Origin: an uncultured Chloroflexia bacterium
GTDB lineage: Bacteria > Chloroflexota > Anaerolineae > Anaerolineales > UBA4823
Length of the DNA stretch: 64,000 nt
Direction of reading: 5' to 3'
Assembly (NCBI GenBank): GCA_963774275.1
Contig: CAVZEP010000008.1
Span: forward strand, 43,858-107,857
Below, piece after piece: positions 1 to 9,021 of the stretch. Position numbers and translations under genes: made by a program. How positions within the stretch are numbered: position 1 is the first letter of the stretch; every line of letters starts with the position of its first letter. The notes under the pieces are model-generated. The model saw only the letters and a program-made list of their open reading frames with translations, did no database searches and was not told where the DNA came from.

Positions 1-124
1 ACCGGCAGCCCCACCCGAATTTCGGGAGAACGCCATGCAGTATTTTGTGGATATTTATCTGCATGGCATCCTTGCATCCACACAAACAGAATAAGCCACA
101 TATGGAAGACTAGTAGGAAATCCC

Positions 125-1259
125 ATGTTCAACTCTCGCCTTCGTTCTCTCGTACGCAAAGAGTTCATCCAGATCCGGCGCGATAAGCGCACCCTCATTC
201 TGGTGCTTATTATCCCTATCATGCAGCTTTTTCTGTTGGGCTATGCAGCCACCAACGATGTGCGCAACGTGCCGTCTGGCAGTTTATGACCAGGACCGCA
301 GCCCTGAAGCCCGTGCATTACTGGATGCCTACCGCTCAGCAGATTATTTTACGATCGCCTTTGAAGCCAATTCTGAAACCGAGCTGCGCGATCTACTCGA
401 CAGCGGTCAGGCACGTGCCGGCTTGATCATCCCTCCGGACTACAGTAACGATATCCAGGGCGGGCAACCGGCTCAGGTTGTGTTTGTCCTGGATGGATCA
501 GACCCCACGGTTGCTTCGACCGCTCTTTCTGCCGCCCAATTGATCGGCCAGGCCCACGCCACGAACATCCTGGAATCACGCTTGCTGCGCCGTGGGCAGG
601 CGGCAGTCATCCAGCCTCCGGTTGTGGTCAGCACCACGGTATGGTACAACCCCGACCTGATCAGTGCGTACTTCATGATCCCGGGCGTCATTGGCATGAT
701 CTTATATGCCATCACTTCGATCCTGACTGCCAGTGCCATTGTGCGCGAGCGGGAACGCGGCACCATCGAGCAGCTGATTGTTACCCCCATCCGCCCCTGG
801 GAGCTGGTGGTCGGAAAGCTGTTACCTTATGTGATTCTTGCCTTCCTGAATGCCTTTGAAGTGCTGGCGATTGGTCACTACTGGTTTGGGGTGCCCATCC
901 GCGGCAGCTTGTGGCTGATCGCAGCAGCCTCATTCTTATTCCTGCTCACCAGCCTGGGCATCGGTTTGTTAGCTTCCACGATTGCAAATACTCAGCAGGA
1001 AGCCATGCTGACGGTTTGGATGATGCTGCTGCCCAGTATTTTCCTGGCGGGTTTTTTCTTCCCCCTGGAAGCGATGCCTAAAGTTTTACAATGGATCTCG
1101 TATGTCTTTCCGTTGCGTTATTACCTGGTTATCATCCGCTCCTTGATGTTGAAAGGGGTCGGAGTTGCTGCATATCAGGTGGATTTAATTGCCCTGGCAA
1201 TCTTTGGGGTTGTCATTATGACCCTGGCTGCCCTGCGTTTCCGGAAGCGTCTCGATTAA
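125..1259 (+). pseudogene. ABC-2 type transporter permease (YbhS/YbhR-like); frame broken by one extra nt near 272-277
   Basis: The first 54 codons from ATG 125 (MFNSRLRSLVRKEFIQIRRDKRTLILVLIIPIMQLFLLGYAATNDVRNVP) end at TGA 287-289. The 243..1259 ORF continues with LAVYDQDRSPEA... in the next frame. Joining them gives a canonical ABC-2 permease N-terminus plus 6 TM segments. Confidence 0.8.
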
Positions 1260-1283
1260 TCATTAGCCATTTTGGAGGTATCC

Positions 1284-2670
1284 ATGAAAATCCTTCGCAT
1301 ACTTATCATCATCTTGTTGATCACGGCGGTCGCTGTTGCAGGGTATTGGTATCTGGCCATCCGAGATACCACCTCAGTCACCGCTGCGCTGACGGGTTCC
1401 GGCACGGTTGAAACCACACAGGTCACCATATCTCCCGAGCTCACTGGGCGGGTTGTCGAAGTATCTGCCAACCAGGGGCAGTCGGTCAAAGCTGGTGATA
1501 TTTTATTTAAGCTCGACGATGGGTTGTTAGCCGCCCAGCGCAACCAGGCTCAGGTCAACCTGGAGGCTGCCCAGGCAGGGTTGGATGGTGCCAATACTGC
1601 CCTTGTGGCTGCCCAAGCTGCCGTTGCCACCGCCCAGGCTCAGTATGACCTGGCTTTGGCCTCGGCGCGCCAGCAGGCACAGCCTGCCCGCAGCCTTGCC
1701 TGGAGCCAGATTGCGCCTTCAGAGTTCGACCAACCCATCTGGTATTTTACCCATGCTGAAGAAATCACCGCGGCTCAGGATGCGGTCAGTACGGCTGGCG
1801 ATGCTTTAACAGCTGCTGCTACGAGCCTGAGTTCGCTGATGTCAGGTGGACCATACACGGATCTGGTTGCTATTGAAGCCCGCCTTGCCCTGGCCCAGGC
1901 AACTTTCCTGGATGCAACGGATGTGCTCAATCGCGCTCAAACCCAGGATGACCAATCTCTCCAAGACGCAGCCCAAGAATCTTACGATGACTCCGAAGCT
2001 GAGTTGGAGGCTGCCCAACAGGCCTATGATGAGCTCCTGAGCACCCAGGAGACCCAGGATATTTTGGATGCCCGAGCCCGCCTGGCAGTAGCCCAGGAAC
2101 ACCATGACACTGCCGTGGATCGTTATAATGCACTCCTCACCGGGGAAGATTCTCTGGCTGTCAAAGTTGCTGCTAACTCAGTGGCCCAAGCCCAGGCTAA
2201 TGTCGCCGCCACCGAATCGAAAGTGGTCCAGGCACAGAAGGCGATTGACCAGGCTCAAGCCGCCTCTAGACTTGATTGAGGTTCAATTGGGAAAGCTGGT
2301 TATCACTGCCCCTGTGGATGGAGTGGTTTTGGCACGCAATATCGAGCCGGGAGAGGTCGTGTTATCTGGTGCCACCGCCTTCACTTTGGGGCAGCTGGAA
2401 CACCTCACCATCACCGTTTACATCCTGGAGAATCGCTACGGGGAGGTTAAATTGGGTGATCAAGCCAGGGTCAGTGTGGATTCGTTCCCCGACCAGACTT
2501 TCGATGCCACGGTCATGCGCATAGCAGATCAGGCTGAATTTACCCCACGTAATGTGCAGACTGCTGAAGGACGGCAGACCACCGTCTTCGCGGTTGAGCT
2601 TTCGGTCCAAAACCCTGCTGGTCTGCTCAAGCCCGGCATGCCTGCTGATGTCACCTTCAGCCTACCTTAA
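1284..2670 (+). pseudogene. HlyD-family membrane-fusion/periplasmic adaptor protein (YbhG-like); frame broken near 2262-2267
   Basis: GGAGG at 1274-1278 precedes ATG 1284. The protein has an N-terminal TM, a lipoyl-like segment (VEVSANQGQSVKAGDILFKLDD) and a long Ala/Gln coiled coil. ORF 1272..2279 ends ...QAQAASRLD*, and the +1 frame continues LDLIEVQLGKLVITAPVDGVV... (beta-barrel part, 2104..2670). Confidence 0.8.
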
Positions 2671-2699
2671 ATTACCCACTTGCTCCGGGTTTTTGTGCG

Positions 2700-3675
2700 A
2701 TGACACAAATTTTAGTTTCTCACCTCTCCAAATCATTTGGCGACACCCAGGCGGTGAATGATATCAGTCTGCAGGTTGGAGCTGGTGAGATTTATGGATT
2801 GATTGGCCCCGATGGTGCTGGAAAGACCACTACCATGCGTTTACTGTGTGGAGCCCTGCAGCCCGACAGGCATAAAAGTGGATCAGTGCCGGTCATCCAG
2901 ATTGCAGGTGTGGACATGCTCAAACAGGCAGACCCTGCCAGGGCTCAGCTCGGTTACCTGCCGCAGCGTTTCTCGATGTATGAGGATTTGACCGTGTTGG
3001 AGAATCTGCGCTTCTTTGCCGAAGTTCGGGGTCTCTCCAAAACTTACTGGCAACCACGCTGTATGCAGATCCTCGAGTTTGTCGGCTTGGCTGGGTATAT
3101 TAATCGCCGCGCCGGTCAGCTCTCCGGTGGAATGCGCCAGAAGCTTGGTCTGGCAGTCGCCCTGGTTCATTCGCCTAAAGTGCTCCTGCTGGATGAGCCT
3201 ACCACCGGGGTGGACCCGGTTACCCGCCAGGACTTCTGGCAGCTCATCATCCGTCTGGTTGCCGAGGAAAGTGTCGCAGTTTTGGTCAGCACTCCCTATA
3301 TGGACGAGGCTGGGCGCTGTGCTCGGGTGGGTTTTATGCGCCTGGGGAAAATCCTGCTTGAAGGGAACCCCGATGTGCTGCAGGCGAAATTAAAAGGTCG
3401 CATCCTCGAAGTACACGGGGAGCCATTAACGCTTCTGCCGCGATATTGCACGTGCAGATGGCAACGTGGAAGATGCGCAGATGTTTGGTGACCGCCTGCA
3501 CTTACGCGTTCATCCTGGCTCAGCTCAGACGGTAAGTGAACGCCTGAAAACGCTCGCCCCTGCTCGTGGGGGCAAGCTCACCCTGTTGCGCTCCATCACG
3601 CCGCAGCTCGAGGATATCTTCATCGATTTATTGGAAAACCAGCCAACCAATAACCATCAGCAAGGGGAAGGATGA
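2700..3675 (+). pseudogene. ABC transporter ATP-binding protein (first of two, YbhF-like); frame broken near 3435-3445
   Basis: Walker A GPDGAGKTT, signature LSGGMRQK and Walker B LLLDEP are present. The ORF derails after ...EVHGEPLTLL, and the +1 frame continues RDIARADGNVEDAQMFGDRLHLRVHPG...LEDIFIDLL (3466..3675 ORF). Confidence 0.8.
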
Positions 3676-3678
3676 GCT

Positions 3679-4627
3679 ATGCCTGAAGAAGTCATTCTTG
3701 CCCATAACCTCACCAAAAAGTTCGACGATTTCACCGCAGTGGATCATATCTCTTTCAGCGTTGGGGCGGGGGAGGTGGTGGGTTACCTGGGACCCAACGG
3801 TTCTGGAAAAACAACCACGATCCGCATGTTGCTTGGCTTGCTACGCCCAAGCGAGGGGCAAGCCACCGTCTTGGGTTATGATATTGTGCGACAATCCGAG
3901 TTGGTGCGAGAGCGGGTGGGGTACATGTCGCAGAAATTTGCCTTATACCATGATCTTACCGTCGGGGAGAACCTGGCGTTTTATGCTGGTGTATACGGGG
4001 TCAGCCAGCGCGCCCGGTTGCAAGAGGTGTTGGAATTAATCGGCTTACGCTCCCTGGAAACTGTGCGTGTTAGCGACCTTTCCACGGGTTGGAAGCAACG
4101 ACTGGCACTCGGTACAGCCATTGTTCATCAACCACGCTTGCTCTTCCTGGATGAACCGACCTCTGGTGTGGACCCAACTGCCCGGCGCCAGTTTTGGGAT
4201 TTGATCTACACGGTGGTCGCCCAGGGGGTGACCGCGCTCGTGACCACCCATTATATGGATGAGGCGGAATATTGCGGGCGGGTTGGGATCATGCGTGATG
4301 GGAAATTACTGGCCATCGACAGCCCCTCACAATTAAAACACCACGCCCTGCCAGGTATCGCCTGGGATGTATTTGCCCAACCCCTCCTGCCTGCCCTGAA
4401 TGCCCTTAAACTTTGCCCGGGTGTGTTGCGGGCAGGTCTCACCGCAAATCATCTGCGTGCCATTGCCCCCGACTAATTTGGATGCTCATACAATTCGCAC
4501 GTGGTTAATGGATGCCGGGATACAGGTCGAACGCCTTGAGCCAGTCGAACCCACCCTTGAAGATGTGTTCCTGGCCTTGGCAGACACGAACTACACTCCT
4601 TCGCCTGATTCCCCACCTGCAACGTAA
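3679..4627 (+). pseudogene. ABC transporter ATP-binding protein (second); frame broken near 4466-4472
   Basis: Walker A GPNGSGKTT, signature LSTGWKQR and Walker B LFLDEPTSG are present. ORF 3679..4476 ends ...HLRAIAPD*, and the +1 frame continues TNLDAHTIRTWLMDAGIQVERLEPVEPTLEDVFLALA (4400..4627). Confidence 0.8.
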
Positions 4628-4681
4628 GCCAGTATAGTTATCCATCAAAAATCACCAGAAAATTGAATATAACTTACAATA

Positions 4682-4701
4682 TTTCAATATATTTATTGAA
4701 A
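4682..4701. promoter_or_regulatory. Inverted repeat TTTCAATA-N4-TATTGAAA just upstream of the -35; candidate operator
   Basis: A perfect 8-bp-arm palindrome was read directly. It is flanked by repeated TCAAATATT boxes (about 4706-4714 and 4727-4735) in a very AT-rich 160-bp spacer. Confidence 0.35.
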
Positions 4702-4716
4702 TAATTCAAATATTCA

Positions 4717-4744
4717 TTGACAAATATCAAATATTGTGTATAAT
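4717..4744 (+). promoter_or_regulatory. Sigma70-type promoter, TTGACA (4717-4722) - 16 nt - TATAAT (4739-4744)
   Basis: Both hexamers are consensus, about 45 nt upstream of AAGGAGG plus ATG 4790. Confidence 0.6.
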
Positions 4745-4789
4745 CTTGATTAGGAACAAAACAGCGTAGAATTACCCAAGGAGGCTGTG

Positions 4790-5023
4790 ATGGTTAACCT
4801 AGAGAATGATTTAATTAAAATCCATCAAGAATCAATTCGGCGGGAAGCCTATCTGAGAAAGGCCCTCGTTCAATCCGGGTTGGTCAACCCACCCATCATG
4901 GACCGTGCCTCATCCGCACTGGGTGAAACACTGATCCGTATTGGCACCAGGCTAAAAGAACGTGCCTACAACCGCTTGATTGTCGAAGAAGCCTCAGTCC
5001 CATCTTATCTGATCATGTTATGA
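4790..5023 (+). CDS. Small hypothetical protein (77 aa)
   Basis: The ORF follows AAGGAGG (4778-4784) and the consensus promoter. I recognise no family. Confidence 0.5.
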   Translation: MVNLENDLIKIHQESIRREAYLRKALVQSGLVNPPIMDRASSALGETLIRIGTRLKERAYNRLIVEEASVPSYLIML

Positions 5024-5087
5024 CCCGGATCAGCGGCACTACCCGCTTTGCATTCTTGCCATATCGTATGTTTGGAGGCGACCCTGA

Positions 5088-5474
5088 ATGAACACCTTAC
5101 CCACCCGATGTCCCCTTTGCGGCGGAGAAGTTACTGTCACCCGTATTTACTGCCAGAATTGTGATACCACGATCGAAGGACGCTTTGCAGGGGGTCCTTT
5201 CTCTCAGCTCACCCAGGAGCAGCTCTCCTTTGTTGAAACGTTCATCCGCTGTGAGGGCAAGATCACCCGCATGGAGGTTGAATTGGACCTGTCGTATCCC
5301 ACCATTCGCAACCGGTTACATGAGGTCATACGGGCTCTGGGATATGAGCCGGGTGGTGAAGAGCCGATCACCGGCCTGACCGATACCGAGCGGCAACGCA
5401 TTTTGGAAGACCTGGACCAGGGGCTGATCGGCGCTGAGGAAGCCATGCGATTACTGCAGGAAAGTGAGAAGTAA
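5088..5474 (+). CDS. DUF2089-type zinc-ribbon/HTH protein with C-terminal SHOCT-like helical motif
   Basis: The N-terminus reads CPLCGGEVTVTRIYCQNCDTTIEG, followed by LTQEQLSFVETFIRCEGKITRMEVELDLSYPTIRNRLHEVI (the DUF2089 pattern). The C-terminus carries ERQRILEDLDQGLIGAEEAMRLLQE. Confidence 0.75.
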   Translation: MNTLPTRCPLCGGEVTVTRIYCQNCDTTIEGRFAGGPFSQLTQEQLSFVETFIRCEGKITRMEVELDLSYPTIRNRLHEVIRALGYEPGGEEPITGLTDTERQRILEDLDQGLIGAEEAMRLLQESEK

Positions 5475-5476
5475 CT

Positions 5477-6745
5477 ATGGATAAGCAATTCGTTACTACC
5501 AGCGCCTCTCCCCGCATCGTATTGGATATCAGTGGTGACCTGCGCCTAAAAGGACAGGATACTTTCGAAGTCGTGGCAAAATCAGATGATCCCCAAAATC
5601 TTTTCCTTGAAACCCGGGAGGATCAGGTTTTTATTCGCTGCACCAGCGACTGTAACGTGCGTGTTCCGCGGGCTGCAATCATCCAGATCCAGGCCGCCCA
5701 TGGAGATGCCGTGATTAAGGCGCTGGATGGTGCTTTGACCATGGATACTGTGAGCGGAAACCTCGATCTGCGTAACGTAGGAGCGACTAAAATCGGCAAA
5801 ATGTATGGCAACTTATCCGCCAAAAATGTGGATGGTGACCTGAGCATCGATTCAATTTCTGGGGATACATCTGTGCGCAGTGTTCAGGGAGATTTCACCG
5901 TCACCAACACGATATCAGGCAATCTCAACCTGAGCGAGGTGGGTGGAAGTGCTAAAGCCACAGTCGATGGGAACATCAATCTCCGCCTGGATCCAGCCCC
6001 AGGGCACGATTATAATTTTACTTGCCGCGGGAATCTGTTTTGCCGGTTATCTGCCGATGCAAGTGCGGAAATCAGTGTGCCACATGCTTCCCAGGTGATG
6101 GTTGATTTGCCGGGTATTCACGCCTCGGCTCCTGTACAAACTCCCTATGCAATCACTTTGGGAGAGGGGGACGCGAAAATTATCCTTTCTGCTAACGGAA
6201 ATGTCGTCTTGGATACCCATGCACCCGATTGGGACATGGAGGATTTCGACCTGGACATTAATAGTGAAGTGAATGGGATGGCGGATGTGGTCAGCCAGCA
6301 GATCTCGCAACAGGTGGAATCACAGATGCGCATGATTGAAGACCAGCTGGATGCCCAGCTATCCAATTTGTCCATGCGCTTGAGCGCTGCCAAACTCAGC
6401 GCAGACCAGGCTCGCCGGATTGAAGATCGCGCTCGTGAAGCCAGCGAGCGAGCCACTGCTCGGGCTCAAGAGCGCGTCCGCCACGCCCAGGAGAGGATGG
6501 AGCAAAAACTATCTGCTGCGCAGCGTAAGATCGAGCTAAAAAAACAGGCGCGCGAACATGCCTCACGACATGCTCACCATGGTTGGAGTTTCAACATTCC
6601 AACACCTCCTACCCCCGCCACACCTCCGGGTGAACCGGTGAGCGAGGATGAGCGTTTGATGATCTTACGTATGTTGGAACAGAAAAAAATATCCATGGAA
6701 GAAGCTGAGGAGCTGCTTTCAGCGCTGGAAGGCAAAATAGAATAA
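5477..6745 (+). CDS. DUF4097-like (YvlB/LiaX-type 'putative adhesin' beta-helix) protein with coiled coil and C-terminal SHOCT-like motif
   Basis: It contains repetitive GDL/GNL...SGD/SGN beta-solenoid-like units, an Arg/Ala/Glu/Gln-rich coiled coil, a Pro-rich linker, and then ERLMILRMLEQKKISMEEAEELLSALEGK. It starts 2 nt after the previous gene. Confidence 0.7.
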   Translation: MDKQFVTTSASPRIVLDISGDLRLKGQDTFEVVAKSDDPQNLFLETREDQVFIRCTSDCNVRVPRAAIIQIQAAHGDAVIKALDGALTMDTVSGNLDLRNVGATKIGKMYGNLSAKNVDGDLSIDSISGDTSVRSVQGDFTVTNTISGNLNLSEVGGSAKATVDGNINLRLDPAPGHDYNFTCRGNLFCRLSADASAEISVPHASQVMVDLPGIHASAPVQTPYAITLGEGDAKIILSANGNVVLDTHAPDWDMEDFDLDINSEVNGMADVVSQQISQQVESQMRMIEDQLDAQLSNLSMRLSAAKLSADQARRIEDRAREASERATARAQERVRHAQERMEQKLSAAQRKIELKKQAREHASRHAHHGWSFNIPTPPTPATPPGEPVSEDERLMILRMLEQKKISMEEAEELLSALEGKIE

Positions 6746-6812
6746 AATGCTGTCGCCTGTCAAAAGCCATCCTTGCTGCCCAATCCCGATGTGAAAGGTT
6801 AATGGTAAGAAG

Positions 6813-7493
6813 ATGAACGAATCTGAACGTCTACAAATCCTTGAAATGATTGAAAAAGGTATCATCTCCGCTTCAGAGGGTGTCAAGTTGCTGAATTCCC
6901 TGCAGGGAGATCCCGATGAAGCTGCCCTTCCGCTGATCAGCAAGTCCGTTGCAGCCACCGAGGAGCAGCCTGGGATTAATCCAGCACCCGAAGTCATCGA
7001 TCAGGTACCTCCTCCTGAACCATCAACCTCTTCTACCCAGTACAAATTTGAATCTGGGATCAAGAAGTGGCGCAGGTTTTGGTGGATCCCCCTGACCATA
7101 GGGCTCGTCATCACCGTGGTCAGTGGGTTGCTCATGTTCCTGGCTTACCAAAAAAGTGGCTTTGGTTTCTGGTTTGCCTGTTTGTGGTTTCCATTGCTTT
7201 TCGGTGTAATCGTCATCAGTCTGGGAGCTGCCAGCCGAACTGCCCGCTGGCTGCACGTCAGAATTCAGCAGGCGCCGGGGGAACGCCCACAATCGATTGG
7301 CATCAGCCTGCCCGTCCCTATTCGTTTTACTGCCTGGATATTGCGCATTATTAAACCTCATATTTCCGGGTTGGATAAAGCCAGCCTGGATGAAGCCGTT
7401 CTTGCCTTGGAAAAAATATCACCCGATGAGCCTTTCTATGTGAAGGTGGATGAGGGTGAATCAGGTGAAAAGGTTGAAGTTTTTATTGGGTAA
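6813..7493 (+). CDS. Membrane protein: N-terminal SHOCT-like motif, hydrophobic TM core, and a C-terminal ~75-aa domain shared with the next gene
   Basis: The N-terminus reads ERLQILEMIEKGIISASEGVKLLNSL. TM stretches include WWIPLTIGLVITVVSGLLMFLAY and FWFACLWFPLLFGVIVISLGAA. The C-terminus ends ...YVKVDEGESGEKVEVFIG. Confidence 0.65.
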   Translation: MNESERLQILEMIEKGIISASEGVKLLNSLQGDPDEAALPLISKSVAATEEQPGINPAPEVIDQVPPPEPSTSSTQYKFESGIKKWRRFWWIPLTIGLVITVVSGLLMFLAYQKSGFGFWFACLWFPLLFGVIVISLGAASRTARWLHVRIQQAPGERPQSIGISLPVPIRFTAWILRIIKPHISGLDKASLDEAVLALEKISPDEPFYVKVDEGESGEKVEVFIG

Positions 7494-7559
7494 TGGTTTT
7501 ATCATTAAAAAGGTCTTATTACCACACCGATACAACATTGAAATTATTTGGAGGTCCAA

Positions 7560-7934
7560 ATGGCTACAACAGAAGAAAGAATGCGAATATTAAGAATGAT
7601 CCAGGAAGGCAAGATTACTGCTGAAGAGGGCGCCAAGCTGCTGGCTGCGTTGCGCGAGAGCCGCAAGGATGTGCGCACGGTGATCACGTCCACTCGTTCT
7701 GGGAAGGGGATGCTGCGCGTGCGCGTCACCGATATGGTCACTGGAAAAGCCAAGGTCAGTGTAAATCTCCCCATTGGGCTCGTGGATGCGGGGATGAGCA
7801 TTGCCAGTCAGTATGCACCAGGCATTGATTTTGCTCAAATCACTGACGCGATCCGCTCAGGGTCGATGGAAGGCAAGATCGTGGACGTGGTGGATGAAGA
7901 GGACGGTGAACATATTGAAGTATTTATCGAGTAA
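7560..7934 (+). CDS. Soluble paralogue of the previous gene (SHOCT-like motif plus shared C-terminal domain)
   Basis: TTTGGAGG precedes ATG 7560. The N-terminus reads EERMRILRMIQEGKITAEEGAKLLAAL, and the C-terminus (...KIVDVVDEEDGEHIEVFIE) parallels the C-terminus of 6813..7493. Confidence 0.65.
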   Translation: MATTEERMRILRMIQEGKITAEEGAKLLAALRESRKDVRTVITSTRSGKGMLRVRVTDMVTGKAKVSVNLPIGLVDAGMSIASQYAPGIDFAQITDAIRSGSMEGKIVDVVDEEDGEHIEVFIE

Positions 7935-7978
7935 GGGTAAGTCTTGGTTCTCTGATACTTCTTTATTTGGAGGTTATT

Positions 7979-8944
7979 ATGTCTGACGAAAGCATTGAAA
8001 AGACGTTTCAAGTTACTGATCCTGCTCGCCTGAGCATCTCAAATATCCGTGGCTCGATCACCATTTCACCTGGAGAAGCGGGTGTGATTGAGGTCAAAGC
8101 CATCAAGCATGGAAATTTTGACAGCGGCCACTATAGCGTGGAAATGACCCAGGCTTCAGACGGCAGCGTAAGTGTAGAAACCCGCGCGGATGAGGTTTTA
8201 TTCGGATTCCTGTCCCACCCACCCAAGGTGGAGTATTCCGTGCGTGTGCCTCAGGGCATCCATTTAGACGCCTCCTGCGTCAGCAGCACCCTCAATGTGA
8301 GTGGGCTTAAAGGTGTTTTTAAATTAAAAACTGTCAGTGGTGATACCGATCTGACGAACCTATCCGGTCCAACCAAGGTTAAAGGGGTAAGTGGGGATAT
8401 TTCCGGTTCCCATTTGGAGGGCGTTCTGGAGGCGGGCATGGTATCAGGAAGGCTGCGTTTGCTTGAATCGACCTTCCCTAGCGCAGATGCAACCACGGTA
8501 AGTGGTGATTTGATCCTTCAAACCACGCTCTCAGATGGACCCTACTATTTCAGCTCGGTATCGGGTAATGTACGCTTGCTGGTACCTGCGGACACGCACT
8601 GTAACGTGGAACTTAATAGCGTCAGCGGAAGTATTCGGTCTTCACTGCCTGCCACCACCATCCGTATGGGTCATGGGTTAAAAGTCACCCAGATACAAAG
8701 TGGAGGCGTCCCTGTTCGCCTCAAGAGCGTCTCTGGCGGAGTATCGATTGAAACAGAAGGTATTCCTGCTTCTGTTGTTCCGGTCACCTCTCCAGAGACT
8801 GCAGCACCGGTCCCACCTGTCCCTCCATCTCCTCCATTCACGCCAGCACCTGCCCCACTCAGCACTGCAGAAATCCTCCAGCGCATCGAGCGGGGTGAGA
8901 TGACCGTGGATGACGCTATCAAGTTGATGAAAGATCAGCCTTAG
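7979..8944 (+). CDS. DUF4097-like beta-helix protein with Pro-rich linker and C-terminal SHOCT-like motif
   Basis: TTTGGAGG precedes ATG 7979. It has repeated VSGD/VSGS/VSGN units, a PVPPVPPSPPFTPAPAP linker, and a C-terminal STAEILQRIERGEMTVDDAIKLMK. Confidence 0.7.
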   Translation: MSDESIEKTFQVTDPARLSISNIRGSITISPGEAGVIEVKAIKHGNFDSGHYSVEMTQASDGSVSVETRADEVLFGFLSHPPKVEYSVRVPQGIHLDASCVSSTLNVSGLKGVFKLKTVSGDTDLTNLSGPTKVKGVSGDISGSHLEGVLEAGMVSGRLRLLESTFPSADATTVSGDLILQTTLSDGPYYFSSVSGNVRLLVPADTHCNVELNSVSGSIRSSLPATTIRMGHGLKVTQIQSGGVPVRLKSVSGGVSIETEGIPASVVPVTSPETAAPVPPVPPSPPFTPAPAPLSTAEILQRIERGEMTVDDAIKLMKDQP

Positions 8945-9021
8945 CCACAACCTTGTGTGTTAAATAGCATCGCCTCACTTTTGTAAACCTCTCCAGCAGG
9001 TATAATAGCCCTTTGCTTAAT

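Noticed and set aside
2-94. An open frame running in from the left edge (PAAPPEFRENAMQYFVDIYLHGILASTQTE*), possibly the C-terminus of a TetR-like regulator of the efflux operon.
   Set aside because: Only 31 codons are visible and there is no diagnostic motif, so I cannot support a call.
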